DNA from: Desulfovibrionaceae bacterium
Lineage (GTDB): Bacteria > Desulfobacterota > Desulfovibrionia > Desulfovibrionales > Desulfovibrionaceae
Direction: 5' to 3'
Length of the DNA stretch: 64,000 nt
Assembly: GCA_031551145.1 (NCBI GenBank)
Contig: JAVBNZ010000009.1
Location: 2,824 to 66,823 of the forward strand
Shown: in pieces, positions 27,825-40,263 of the stretch
How the letters are laid out: each line of letters starts with the position of its first letter
Numbering within the stretch: position 1 is the first letter of the stretch
The notes under the pieces: generated by a model
What the model was told of the DNA's origin: nothing
Databases searched by the model: none
What the model saw: only the letters and a program-made list of their open reading frames with translations
Program-made: the position numbers and the translations under genes

Positions 27825-29411
27825 TCATGCCTGTACGGGAACCCCGCGCAACAGCGCCTTTGCCCGGGGCAGGGCATGGGCGATCTCGCCCGCGCTGTTG
27901 CCCCGATCGGGAAAGCGTTCGGCCAAAATCTCTCCGGCCCGGATGTGCAGCAGCACGCCGAGCGCGGCGGCCGCAAGCGGCGGGCAGCCCTGGCCGAGCA
28001 AACTGCCGATGCAGCCGGCAAGCACGTCGCCCGAGCCTCCCACTGCCAGGCAGGGCACATGGTGGGGAGCGATGATCGCCGGCTGCCCGCGTCTGCCTAT
28101 CAGCGTCCCCGCGCCCTTGAGCGCCCAGAGGCCGGGATGCAGAGCGCAAAGCGCTTTCAGGGCGGCAAAGCGGTCCTCCTGCACGCGGCGCGCGCTTATG
28201 CCGAGCAGCAGGCCGGCCTCGCCGGGATGGGGGGTCAGAATATCCCTGTCCGTCACATCGTCCAGGGGGGCGTTTCCCTTGGCGAGCAGCGCGAGCGCGT
28301 CGGCGTCCAATACCAGAGGGGGCCTGCCCGGCAGGCGCAGCAAGGCGGCAAGCACCCCGCCGGCTTCGGGCGAACGCCCCATGCCCGGTCCGGCCACGAC
28401 GGCGCCGGCTCCGGCGACGAGGGAGAAAAACTCATCCCGGCCGCCGTCCTCCAACGCCTCTTTCCAGGAAAATCCCCGGCCGAGCGCGCGGGTGAGAATA
28501 TCCGGCATGCCGGCCTTGATTTCCGCGCACAACCCGCCCGGCGCGGCCACGCTCACCAGGCCCGAACCCGTGCGCAACGCGGCCAGGGCGGCCAGATGCG
28601 CCGCACCGGTCAGCCCCACCGAGCCGCCGAGCACAAGAATATGCCCGAAGCTGCCCTTATACGCGCCCGGCGCGATCGCGGGCAAAAGAGGAGCACAGGA
28701 AGCGTCGAGCAGACGGAAAGAAGCGGGATACATGCGCCGCACAGCCTTTGGTATGCCGATGCGCCGCACGACAAGCCTGCCGATGAACGCGGCGGCTTCG
28801 GGCAGCACCAGCCCCGGCTTGGCCGCTTCAAAGCAGACCGTAACCCGCGCCCGCACGGCTGCGGGACCGGGCAGGCCGCGCAGGGAGTCCAATCCCGAGG
28901 GCACATCCAGCGCCAGCACAAAACTTCCGGCCTGGGCATTGATTTCTTCGACCAGAGCCCGCATATCGTCCCGCAACTGCCCGGTAAAGCCCGTGCCGAG
29001 CAGGCCGTCGACGATGATGTCCGGCCGCAGCCACTCCACAGGTCTGCGCCCGGCCGGGGCCAGGGCCGGAATAAAGGGAACGCCGCAGGCCCGCGCCAGG
29101 CGCAGGTGCCGCGCCGCAGCGCCCTTGTAGTGGCCTAGGGGACGAGTATGCAGCACCAGGGGCTGCGCGCCCTGATCCTTGAGATGCCGGGCCAGGCAGG
29201 CCGCATCGCCGCCGTTGTTGCCCGCGCCCATATACAGCAGAACGCGCGCTCCCGCGAGGGGGCCTGCGCATTCTTCCAACGTGTGCAGGGCTTCGCGCGC
29301 CGCGTTTTCCATCAACAGCATTTCGGGCAGGCCGAATTCCACGGCGGCTTTGTCCCAGCGCCCCATTTCCACGGGCGTGGGCAAATCGGGAAGCAGAGAG
29401 AGCGTGTTCAC
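27825..29411 (-). CDS. nnr: bifunctional NAD(P)H-hydrate repair enzyme (epimerase plus ADP-dependent dehydratase)
   Basis: YjeF-N domain ([18 protein letters not shown]) and YjeF-C carbohydrate-kinase domain ([17 protein letters not shown]). The GTG start at 29411 overlaps the acpS stop (GTGA). Confidence 0.88.
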   Translation of the reverse strand: MNTLSLLPDLPTPVEMGRWDKAAVEFGLPEMLLMENAAREALHTLEECAGPLAGARVLLYMGAGNNGGDAACLARHLKDQGAQPLVLHTRPLGHYKGAAARHLRLARACGVPFIPALAPAGRRPVEWLRPDIIVDGLLGTGFTGQLRDDMRALVEEINAQAGSFVLALDVPSGLDSLRGLPGPAAVRARVTVCFEAAKPGLVLPEAAAFIGRLVVRRIGIPKAVRRMYPASFRLLDASCAPLLPAIAPGAYKGSFGHILVLGGSVGLTGAAHLAALAALRTGSGLVSVAAPGGLCAEIKAGMPDILTRALGRGFSWKEALEDGGRDEFFSLVAGAGAVVAGPGMGRSPEAGGVLAALLRLPGRPPLVLDADALALLAKGNAPLDDVTDRDILTPHPGEAGLLLGISARRVQEDRFAALKALCALHPGLWALKGAGTLIGRRGQPAIIAPHHVPCLAVGGSGDVLAGCIGSLLGQGCPPLAAAALGVLLHIRAGEILAERFPDRGNSAGEIAHALPRAKALLRGVPVQA

Positions 29412-29788
29412 GGCGACTCCAGAATCACCACGGCCGCGGCCGTGTGCTTGGCGTGCGTCAGGCTTACGTGCGCGCACCCGGCCCCTGTTTCCGCAAACAC
29501 TTCCGCCGCTCGGCCGTGGAACACGATTTCCGGCCGGCCGGAAGGCAGGCTGCGCACCTCAAGATCGCGCAGGGTAACGCCCTGGGCGAAGCCCGTGCCC
29601 AAGGCTTTGGCGGCGGCCTCCTTGGCCGCGAAACGGGCCGCCAGCCAGGCGACGGCGGTCGGGCCGGCGGGCATGGCGTCCAATTCCTCCTCACGAAGGA
29701 GTTTTTCCGCAAAATTTCGGCCAAAACGCTCCAGCGCGGCCGCCATGCGCTCCAGTTCCACCAGATCAATGCCGAGTCCGACAATCAC
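29408..29788 (-). CDS. acpS: holo-[acyl-carrier-protein] synthase
   Basis: [15 protein letters not shown]..., [14 protein letters not shown]; 126 aa. Confidence 0.9.
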   Translation of the reverse strand: MIVGLGIDLVELERMAAALERFGRNFAEKLLREEELDAMPAGPTAVAWLAARFAAKEAAAKALGTGFAQGVTLRDLEVRSLPSGRPEIVFHGRAAEVFAETGAGCAHVSLTHAKHTAAAVVILESP

Positions 29789-29978
29789 ACCGCATCCTCC
29801 CGGCTTGCGCGGAATGTAGAGAAATCGTATTTCTCTTGTGCCTTTGACAAGCCGTGCTCGTCAATATAAGAAGTTTTTTTTCGCACAACGGCCGATGCGG
29901 CCCCGAAAAAAAACGACGGGCATGAAGCCGCCGCTTACCCCGCGACACATCCATTCTCCGTTGCGAGAGAGGTAGACC

Positions 29979-31313
29979 ATGAGATTGTGCATCATCGGAA
30001 CCGGCTATGTGGGATTGGTCAGCGCCGCCTGTTTTGCGGAAATGGGCAACGACGTGGCCTGCGTGGACGTGAACCCCGAAGTCGTGGCCCGTCTGGAACG
30101 GGGCGAAGTGCATATTTATGAGCCCGGTCTGGACGTGCTTGTGAAGCGCAACCACAAAGACGGCCGCCTGCGCTTCACCACCGATCTCGGCACGGGTCTG
30201 CGCGACGCGGAACTGGCTTTCATTTGCGTGGGCACTCCGTCCGGGGAAGACGGCTCCTGCGATCTTTCCTATGTGGAGGCCGTGGCGCGGCAGATCGGGC
30301 GAACCATGCAGAACGCCCTGATCGTCGTGGACAAGTCCACCGTGCCCGTGGGCACGGCCGACAAGGTGCGCGCGCTGATCAAAGAGGAACTGGATCGCCG
30401 GGGCTCGGATCTGCCCTACGACGTGGTTTCCAACCCGGAATTTTTGAAGGAAGGCGACGCCGTCAACGACTTTATGAAGCCCGACCGCGTGGTGGTGGGC
30501 ACCCACGACGAGCGCAGCGCCTCGCTCATGAAGGAACTGTATTCGCCCTTTGCCCGCAGCCGCGACAAGCTCATCGTCATGGGCGTACGCAGCGCCGAAA
30601 TGACCAAGTACGCCGCCAACTGCATGCTGGCGACCAAAATATCCTTCATCAACGAAATCGCCGGTATCTGCGAAAAAGTAGGAGCCAACGTGCGCGACGT
30701 GCGCACCGGCATAGGCGCGGACAAACGCATAGGCTACCACTTTATCTATCCCGGCATGGGTTACGGCGGCTCCTGTTTCCCCAAGGACGTCAAGGCTCTT
30801 ATCCACACCGCGCACGGGGTCGCCATGCGGCCCGAACTGCTGGAAGCCGTGGAGCTTGTCAACGCGCGCCAAAAACGCCACATGGCCGTGCGCATCCGCG
30901 AATATTTCGCGCCGCAGGGCGGGGTGAAAGGCAAAACGCTCGCGCTCTGGGGTCTGGCTTTCAAAGCCAATACCGACGACATGCGCGAGGCGGCCTCCCT
31001 CTCCGTAATCGAGGATCTGACGGCGCACGGCATGCGCGTGCGCGCCTTTGACCCCGTGGCCGGAACCAACGCCGCCGCCCTGCTTGCCGGCAATCCCCTG
31101 GTGGAAATCGTCGATTCCCAGTACGCGGCCTGCGAAGGCGCCCAGGCTCTGCTTGTGGGCACGGAATGGAACCAGTTCCGCAACCCGGATTTCGAGCGTC
31201 TGAAAAAGCTGCTCAGCGCTCCCCTGCTCTTTGACGGGCGCAACCTCTATTCCCCACAGCGTATGGCCGAGCGCGGCTTCGCCTATTTCTGCGTGGGGTT
31301 GGGAGCGGCATAA
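29979..31313 (+). CDS. ugd: UDP-glucose 6-dehydrogenase
   Basis: MRLCIIGTGYVGLVSAACFAEMGNDV Rossmann N-terminus and catalytic GYGGSCFPKD; 444 aa. Confidence 0.93.
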   Translation: MRLCIIGTGYVGLVSAACFAEMGNDVACVDVNPEVVARLERGEVHIYEPGLDVLVKRNHKDGRLRFTTDLGTGLRDAELAFICVGTPSGEDGSCDLSYVEAVARQIGRTMQNALIVVDKSTVPVGTADKVRALIKEELDRRGSDLPYDVVSNPEFLKEGDAVNDFMKPDRVVVGTHDERSASLMKELYSPFARSRDKLIVMGVRSAEMTKYAANCMLATKISFINEIAGICEKVGANVRDVRTGIGADKRIGYHFIYPGMGYGGSCFPKDVKALIHTAHGVAMRPELLEAVELVNARQKRHMAVRIREYFAPQGGVKGKTLALWGLAFKANTDDMREAASLSVIEDLTAHGMRVRAFDPVAGTNAAALLAGNPLVEIVDSQYAACEGAQALLVGTEWNQFRNPDFERLKKLLSAPLLFDGRNLYSPQRMAERGFAYFCVGLGAA

Positions 31314-31340
31314 AAAAAATCAAGGGGGCGCGTCGCCCCC
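31313..31340 (-). terminator. intrinsic terminator serving the minus-strand aminotransferase gene
   Basis: GGGGGCG-CGT-CGCCCCC hairpin (31324-31340). The A-run at 31313-31320 on the + strand is a U-run after the hairpin on the minus strand. Confidence 0.6.
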
Positions 31341-31363
31341 TCAAACTTTCTCTGACAGAAGCT

Positions 31364-31406
31364 CGGGGGGAGAGAAACCGTGTGTTTCCCTCCCCCGAAG
31401 TTTTTT
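31364..31406 (+). terminator. intrinsic terminator serving ugd
   Basis: CGGGGGGAGAGAAAC-CGTGT-GTTTCCCTCCCCCG imperfect stem followed by AAGTTTTTT. Confidence 0.55.
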
Positions 31407-32577
31407 ATGCGGGCAGCACTTTTTCCATGCTCCGCAAAGCCGCTTCCAGCACTTCGTCCGCCACGGCGTAGGAAAAACGCACGCAGGCGTCGTCTCCGAA
31501 AGCCGCGCCGGGCACCAGCGCGACTCCGGCTTTTTCGAGAAACCAGTTGCAGATATCCGAAGAATTCGCGATCCCGCCCCGGTAATAGGCGCTCATATCG
31601 GCAAAAAGATAAAAGGCGCCGTCCGGCTTGGGGCAGAGCACGCCCGGCCAGGAGGAGATGAGCGCGTGGGCCGTGTCGCGCCGGCGTTCAAAGGCGCGCA
31701 CCATTTCCCCCACGCAGTCATAAGGGCCTTCCAGGGCGGCCTGGGCCGCCTTTTGCGCCACGGAGCAGACGTTGGAAGTGGACTGCCCCTGCAACGTGCT
31801 CATCGCTTTGACAAGCTGAGGATGCGCCACGCAATAGCCCACGCGCCAACCGGTCATGGCGAAGCTTTTGGCCACGCCGTTGACCACGGTGACCTGCTCC
31901 GGCAGGCGTTCCCACCAGCGTACGGCGCTGACCGGGCGCATGGGCGCGTAGATGATGCGGTCGTAAATTTCGTCCGAAATCACGTGCAGGCCCTTGTTGA
32001 CGGCCCAGTCGAGAAGGGCGTCCAGTTCTTCCTGCGTATAGCCGACCCCGGTGGGATTGGAGGGCGTGTTGAGGACGAGCGCGCGGGTTTTGGGGGTCAC
32101 GGCCCGGTCGAGCTTTTCCGGCGTCACTTTAAAACCTTCGCGGGCGTTCGCCGAAACAGCAACGGGCACGCCGCCGGCGAGCAGCACCATGTCGGGGTAG
32201 CTGAGCCAATAGGGCGCGGGGATGAGGACTTCCTCGCCGGGATTGAGCAGGGCCAGGAAAATATTGTACAGAGAATGCTTGCCGCCGTTGGAAACGATGA
32301 CGGACTCCACAGGCGGCTCCACGCCGTAGGTGCGTTTGTAGTACCCGGCCACGGCCTTGCGCAGCTCGCGAATGCCGGGCACGTCGGTATAGCGGGTGAA
32401 GCCCGCGTCTATGGCTTCGTGCGCCGCCCGGCAGATGTGGGCGGGCGTGGGAAAATCCGGCTCGCCTATGGCGAGGCTGACCATCTTCGCGCCCTTGGCC
32501 TTGAGTTCCAGGGCCTTTGCGTTGACGGCCAAAGTGGCGGAAGGCTTAATCAGGGCGAAGCGTTCCGAAATCCGCAT
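31405..32577 (-). CDS. PLP-dependent aspartate/aromatic aminotransferase (class I)
   Basis: ORF 31405-32661 trimmed to ATG 32577 (MRISERFALIKPSATLAVNAKALELKAKG...). PLP-lysine region VNGVAKSFAMTGWRVGY. Confidence 0.88.
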   Translation of the reverse strand: MRISERFALIKPSATLAVNAKALELKAKGAKMVSLAIGEPDFPTPAHICRAAHEAIDAGFTRYTDVPGIRELRKAVAGYYKRTYGVEPPVESVIVSNGGKHSLYNIFLALLNPGEEVLIPAPYWLSYPDMVLLAGGVPVAVSANAREGFKVTPEKLDRAVTPKTRALVLNTPSNPTGVGYTQEELDALLDWAVNKGLHVISDEIYDRIIYAPMRPVSAVRWWERLPEQVTVVNGVAKSFAMTGWRVGYCVAHPQLVKAMSTLQGQSTSNVCSVAQKAAQAALEGPYDCVGEMVRAFERRRDTAHALISSWPGVLCPKPDGAFYLFADMSAYYRGGIANSSDICNWFLEKAGVALVPGAAFGDDACVRFSYAVADEVLEAALRSMEKVLPA

Positions 32578-32890
32578 ATAAACTCCCGGCGGGGTAAAGG
32601 GTGCGATATAATTCTTGCCCTGCATACTCCCAAACGCAACAAGCGGCAAGCCGTCCCGCATGCCGGCAACAACTCTTTTTGAGAAAAATTTACGGGAGCG
32701 GCTGCTTTTGCCGGCAGGCGAGGAGGACGAGTTTTGCCGACGGGAGCGGACTCTTTTCGTCCATGACCGGAAGCAAAAACGAAGTCTGCCAAAGCATCAC
32801 GCAAAATGAGCCGCTCCCCGCGCTTTCCGGGCTTGCGCACCCCCCACGCGCCCGGCTATATTGCCGAAAACACACTTCGAAGGATTTGCC

Positions 32891-33688
32891 ATGTCCGCTC
32901 TTTGCATTGCCTTGCCCCGGCTGCATGAAAAATTCGACCCGCCCGCGCCCGGCGTGCTCCGTCTCTGGCCCGGTCTGCCCGATCCGCCTTCCGGTGCCCA
33001 TGTTCCGGAAAATTTTCCCCTCTCCCCGCAAGAGGCCGCGCTGTATCTGGAAGAAGTCCGGGGCCTGGGAGCGGCCGTTGCGGCGAAAATTCCCGTGCAC
33101 ACCCTGCTGGCGGAGGAAAAGCGAAAACGGGATCCGGGCCGCAAACGGGAGGAGATCGACCTGGCGGCTTTTGCCGAAGGTGTTCCCGCTCCGCAATACG
33201 ACGTTTTCCGCCTGCGGGAAGCCAAAACAGCCGCCCAAAAAGCCCTGTTGCGCATTTGGCTGCTGGAAGAGCAACAAGGGGAAATAGCGGCCCTGGAAGG
33301 GGAATACAACGCGCTTTCCGGCAGCATGAGCGCCGCGCTGGGCGTGGAAGCAGATGACGAGGAGGCGGGCGCCCTGCGGCTTGCGCAGACCGAGGATCGT
33401 TTCACGGGCGGGCCGGAAGCCGCGGCGCCTTGGCGCATGGTTACGGAAAATGCCTGTTTCTTCATGCCGGAGCACAGCCCGCTGTTTTTTGACGATCCGG
33501 CCGTGTGCGCGGATCTGCGTGAAGCCGGGCTTGCCTTCGCATCCGCCCCGGAATTCGCTTTCGCCGGCGCGCCCGCTCCCGGAAAGGCAGAAGCGCCGCT
33601 GTGGAAAGCCCTGGGCCTGCCCGGCCCGCGCCCGGAGCGGCCGTGGCTGGAACGGATCTTCATTTTTGTCGCGGGGAGCGCGGCATGA
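32891..33688 (+). CDS. hypothetical protein (Ala/Pro/Glu-rich, no recognised domain)
   Basis: ORF 32861-33688. ATG 32891 has AAGGA 7 nt upstream, and the stop overlaps the next start (ATGA). Codon usage looks native. The overlapping antisense ORF 32797-34281 is rejected. Confidence 0.55.
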   Translation: MSALCIALPRLHEKFDPPAPGVLRLWPGLPDPPSGAHVPENFPLSPQEAALYLEEVRGLGAAVAAKIPVHTLLAEEKRKRDPGRKREEIDLAAFAEGVPAPQYDVFRLREAKTAAQKALLRIWLLEEQQGEIAALEGEYNALSGSMSAALGVEADDEEAGALRLAQTEDRFTGGPEAAAPWRMVTENACFFMPEHSPLFFDDPAVCADLREAGLAFASAPEFAFAGAPAPGKAEAPLWKALGLPGPRPERPWLERIFIFVAGSAA

Positions 33689-34329
33689 CGGCGCGCCCTT
33701 CCCTGCCGGGCAATCCCGCCGGCATCGTTTTCGACTGCGACGGCGTGCTGATCGACTCCCGCGCGGGCAACATGCTCTATTACAACCGTATCCGGGAACT
33801 GGCCGGTCTGCCCCCCATGAGCCGGGAAGAAGAAAACTTCGCCCACATGCATTCGGCGCGGGACAGCCTGCTGCACATCCTCCCGCCCGCCCTGCATCCC
33901 CGCCTGAGGGAATTGTGCGGCAGGGTGAGCTATCTGCACGAGATCATGCCGCATATCAGCCCGGAACCGGGCATGCGCGATCTTCTGGATACTCTGGATG
34001 CACGGGGGTTGCGCATGGCGGTGCTGACGAACAGGTCTTCCGGCATGCGGATGGTGCTTGACACTTTCGCCCTCCACTCGTACTTCGATCCTGTGGTCAC
34101 CGCGGCGGATGTCAGACCCAAGCCCGCTCCGGACGGGCTGACGCACATCGCCGCATACTGGAAGCGGTCGCCGGAGGATCTGATCTTCGTGGGCGACAGC
34201 CTGCTGGACGCCCAGGCCGCCGAAGCCGCCGGGGTGTGTTTTGTAGCCTACCGCAACCCGGATCTGGCCGCACAGGCGCACGCGGCGTCTTTTGCCGAAC
34301 TTGGGCGTATAATTTCGCTTGAAACATGA
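33685..34329 (+). CDS. HAD-superfamily hydrolase (phosphoglycolate phosphatase-like, subfamily IA)
   Basis: ORF 33601-34329 trimmed to ATG 33685. Motif I IVFDCDGVLIDS, motif II LTNR, motif IV FVGDSLLD. Confidence 0.8.
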   Translation: MTARPSLPGNPAGIVFDCDGVLIDSRAGNMLYYNRIRELAGLPPMSREEENFAHMHSARDSLLHILPPALHPRLRELCGRVSYLHEIMPHISPEPGMRDLLDTLDARGLRMAVLTNRSSGMRMVLDTFALHSYFDPVVTAADVRPKPAPDGLTHIAAYWKRSPEDLIFVGDSLLDAQAAEAAGVCFVAYRNPDLAAQAHAASFAELGRIISLET

Positions 34330-34420
34330 CGCGCCTTTATGGAAATATATTTCCCACGCGGCAGGTTGAAGGCGCTTTCAGCCCGCAACGACTCGGAACC
34401 CCCTGGGAGGCCCCGCCACC

Positions 34421-34726
34421 ATGATAGTTTTGCCGAATCTGCTCAAAGCCGTGGCCATGGTGCTGGACACGCTGCTGACCATCTATTTCTGGGTAGTGAT
34501 CATCTCCGCCCTGCTCACCTGGGTGCGGCCCGATCCCTACAATCCCATCGTCCGTACTCTGTACGCCCTGACGGAACCCGTCTATTACCGCATCCGCAAG
34601 GCGCTGCCCTTCACCTATGCGGCGGGCATCGACTTTTCGCCGCTCATCGTGTTGCTGGCCATCAAGCTGGTGCAGATCGGGCTGGTGGATTCCTTATACC
34701 AATACGCCTACAGGCTGGTTGTCTAG
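34421..34726 (+). CDS. yggT: YggT-family membrane protein
   Basis: 101 aa. Two TM helices flanking YNPIVRTLYALTEPVYYRIRK, typical of YggT/Ycf19. Confidence 0.8.
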   Translation: MIVLPNLLKAVAMVLDTLLTIYFWVVIISALLTWVRPDPYNPIVRTLYALTEPVYYRIRKALPFTYAAGIDFSPLIVLLAIKLVQIGLVDSLYQYAYRLVV

Positions 34727-34798
34727 TCTTTTCAGGCCCTGTGCGGCGCGCGCGCTTTCCGGCGTTCGCGCATCATACGTTTTACCACGGAGGCATTC

Positions 34799-35035
34799 AT
34801 GGAACAGCACGAAGTCGAACTTTTGGAAAAGTACGCCGAGACCGATCCTGAGTTGAAAACGCTGTGGCACGATCACCTGCTCTACGAAAAGCAGATCGAA
34901 AAGCTCGAAAGCAAACCCTATCGCACTCCGGCAGAGACACAGAGTCTGAAACATCTGAAAAAACAGAAGCTTGACGGAAAAACAAAATTTATGGCCATCC
35001 TGGACACATACCGCGCCCAGGAACAGAACGCGTAG
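34799..35035 (+). CDS. DUF465 (YdcH-like) small coiled-coil protein
   Basis: 78 aa. LWHDHLLYEKQIEKLE...LKHLKKQKLDGKTKFMAIL matches the DUF465 pattern. Confidence 0.75.
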   Translation: MEQHEVELLEKYAETDPELKTLWHDHLLYEKQIEKLESKPYRTPAETQSLKHLKKQKLDGKTKFMAILDTYRAQEQNA

Positions 35036-35169
35036 GCCAAACGCCCGCGCGGGCCGCCCGGCAAACCCGCTGCGCGGGCGGCGGACGTTTCCCGAAAGCA
35101 AGGGTTTTCGGGAACAATCCCTATGCGGCGCGCAACGACCCGCCGCGTGAGGACAAACAAGGAGCCCCC

Positions 35170-36864
35170 ATGGAACTTACAGGAGCGCAGATCTTTTTTG
35201 AATCGTTGAAACGGGAAGGGGTGGATATCCTCTTCGGCTACCCCGGCGGAGCGGTGATCGATCTCTATGACGAACTCTCCCGCCATCCCGAAATCCGGCA
35301 CATCCTGGTGCGGCACGAACAGGCCGCCGTGCACGCCGCCGACGGATACGCCAGAGCCTCCGGCAAGGTGGGCTGCTGCCTCGTCACCTCCGGTCCCGGC
35401 GCCACCAACACGGTTACCGGCATTGCCACCGCCTATTGCGACTCCATTCCCCTCGTGGTGTTCACGGGCCAGGTCCCCTGCGCCCTGATCGGCAACGACG
35501 CCTTTCAGGAAGTGGACATCGTGGGCATCACCCGCCCCTGCACCAAGCATAACTTTCTGGTCAAGGATCCGGCCCAGCTCACCAAGGTCATCCGTCAGGC
35601 CTTTTACCTCGCCCGTTCCGGACGCCCCGGCCCCGTGCTCGTGGATCTGCCCAAGGACGTGACGCAGAAAAAGACCGAATTCGTCTGGCCCGAAGACGTG
35701 AGCATGCGCAGCTACAACCCCACCTACAGGCCGAACCTGAATCAGTTGCGCCGCGCCGTGGACACGCTGATGAAGGCCGAGCGCCCGCTCATTCTGGCCG
35801 GCGGCGGTCTTATCGCCTCCGATGCCTCCCAGCCCCTGCTCGCGCTGGCGCGCGATCTGCGCCTGCCGGTGGTGGCCACCCTGATGGGCCTGGGCGCCTT
35901 TCCCGCCCACGAGGAACTCTGGTTCGGCATGGTGGGCATGCACGGCACCTATGCAGCCAACAAGGCCATCCACAACGCCGACGTGCTCATTGCCGTGGGC
36001 GCGCGCTTTGACGACCGCGTCACCGGCCGGCTTTCCTCCTTCGCCTCCAAGGCCAAGATCATCCACATCGACATCGACCCCACGTCCATACGCAAGAACG
36101 TGAGCGTGCATGTGCCGGTGGTGGGCGATTCCTCCCTCGCGCTGCAGGGCATTCATGAAATCGCGCTGGCGCGCGGCGCGGAAAAAGACTGGGCCGCCGT
36201 GCACGCGCCCTGGGTGGAACAGCTCATCAGCTGGCGCTCCGAGCAGCCCGTGAACTATGCGGAAGGCGGCAGCGGCATCAAGCCCCAGGCCGTGATCGAA
36301 TGCCTGCAAAAACTCACCAAGGGCGACGCCATCATCGCCACCGAAGTGGGCCAGAACCAGATGTGGGCCGCGCAGTTCTACGGCTTTACCAAGCCCCGCA
36401 CCTTTCTCACCTCGGGCGGGCTCGGCACGATGGGCTACGGCTTTCCGGCAGCCATCGGCGCGCAGCTCGCCTTCCCGGACAAAATCGTGGTGGACGTGGC
36501 CGGCGACGCCTCCATCCAGATGAACATCCAGGAGTTGGCCACAGCGGTCTGCCACAAGCTGCCGGTAAAAATCCTCATTCTCAACAACGCCTACCTCGGC
36601 ATGGTGCGCCAGTGGCAGGAGCTGTTCTATCAGCGCAACTACTGCGCCACCTGCATGGAGGCCCAGCCCGATTTTGTAAAACTGGCTGAAGCCTACGGCG
36701 CGGAAGGTTTCCGCATTGAACGGCCGGAAGATCTGGAGCCCACTTTGGCAAAGGCGCTCGGTTCGCCGAATACCAGCATCATCGACGTGCGCGTGGATCG
36801 CGAGGAAAACGTGTATCCCATGGTTCCCGCGGGCGCGTCCCTTGATGAAATGCTGCTCGTGTAG
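35170..36864 (+). CDS. ilvB: acetolactate synthase, large (catalytic) subunit
   Basis: ThDP enzyme: GYPGGAVIDLYDEL, TSGPGATN, GGLGTMGYGFPAAIGA, GDASIQMNIQEL; 564 aa. Confidence 0.95.
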   Translation: MELTGAQIFFESLKREGVDILFGYPGGAVIDLYDELSRHPEIRHILVRHEQAAVHAADGYARASGKVGCCLVTSGPGATNTVTGIATAYCDSIPLVVFTGQVPCALIGNDAFQEVDIVGITRPCTKHNFLVKDPAQLTKVIRQAFYLARSGRPGPVLVDLPKDVTQKKTEFVWPEDVSMRSYNPTYRPNLNQLRRAVDTLMKAERPLILAGGGLIASDASQPLLALARDLRLPVVATLMGLGAFPAHEELWFGMVGMHGTYAANKAIHNADVLIAVGARFDDRVTGRLSSFASKAKIIHIDIDPTSIRKNVSVHVPVVGDSSLALQGIHEIALARGAEKDWAAVHAPWVEQLISWRSEQPVNYAEGGSGIKPQAVIECLQKLTKGDAIIATEVGQNQMWAAQFYGFTKPRTFLTSGGLGTMGYGFPAAIGAQLAFPDKIVVDVAGDASIQMNIQELATAVCHKLPVKILILNNAYLGMVRQWQELFYQRNYCATCMEAQPDFVKLAEAYGAEGFRIERPEDLEPTLAKALGSPNTSIIDVRVDREENVYPMVPAGASLDEMLLV

Positions 36865-36873
36865 GAGGCGGAC

Positions 36874-38392
<1,519 letters not shown>

Positions 38393-38402
38393 GAAAGAAC
38401 GT

Positions 38403-38426
38403 GAAGGGGGCCGCAAGGCCCCCTTC
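38403..38426. terminator. hairpin GAAGGGGGCC-GCAA-GGCCCCCTTC between convergent ilvC and the flavoprotein gene
   Basis: Perfect 10-bp GC stem. A T-rich tract follows only on the minus-strand reading (ACGTTCTTTCTTATTTC). Confidence 0.6.
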
Positions 38427-38431
38427 GCAAC

Positions 38432-39072
38432 TCAAAGCTCCCGCGCCTTCGCTGCCAGGGAAGCGCCCAGGGCGTAGGCCCGTTCGCAGTCTTTGGGGAA
38501 TTGCTCCTCATGGACTTTTTTGCGGGCATCGGCATCGAACGCATCGAATGCGTACTTTCCATAGTGTTCGGCATGCAGGGTTTCATAGACCATAAGGCAT
38601 TCGTGGTGCGAAAAGTGCAGCGAAAAGAATTGACGGGTGCTCCCGGTAAAGTGCCCGTGCCCGTGTTCGGCGGTTCCTCCTTCCGTATTGGCCAGGGTGT
38701 AGATGAGTCCCGCGACCATGGGCTTGGGCCGGCGGGTGCCGTAGCCGTCCGCGAAAAAGCCCGTCCAGGGATAGAGCAGCCGCTCTATGAACGCGCGGGT
38801 CGCGGCGCTTTCCGTGAAAAAATAGACCGGCGTGGCGACGAGCAGCACATCCGCCTCCTGAGCTTCTTCCAACAAGGGCGTCAGTTCGTCCTCGAAGCGG
38901 CACAGACTGCTGACTTTATCTCTTTTTTTGCACTTGTAGCAGCCTATGCAGCCGGACCAGCGCATGGGGTAAAGCTGCGCGATGCGGGAGCCTCCCGCGC
39001 CGCGCACGGCGTGTTCAAGCACGGTTTCGGTGTTCTTGTGCCTGCGCGGACTGCCGTTGACGGCAAGGATGT

Positions 39073-39076
<4 letters not shown>
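38432..39076 (-). CDS. flavodoxin-like NAD(P)H-dependent FMN reductase / iron-sulfur flavoprotein family
   Basis: MNILAVNGSPRRHKNT, Cys cluster CIGCYKCKK, VATPVYFF. Confidence 0.7.

Positions 39077-40235
<1,159 letters not shown>

Positions 40236-40263
<28 letters not shown>

Noticed and set aside
25913-29138. Plus-strand ORFs of 720, 518 and 442 aa (25913-28075, 27582-29138 and 27802-29130).
   Set aside because: They are antisense to the 5'-nucleotidase, the PreA-like gene and nnr. They are Arg/Ala/Gly/Pro-rich with no motifs.
35036-35169. A possible attenuator or leader peptide upstream of ilvB, based on GC hairpins and TTTCCCGAAA-N8-TTTCGGGAA.
   Set aside because: There is no U-tract after either hairpin and no Ile/Leu/Val-rich leader ORF, so there is not enough evidence.
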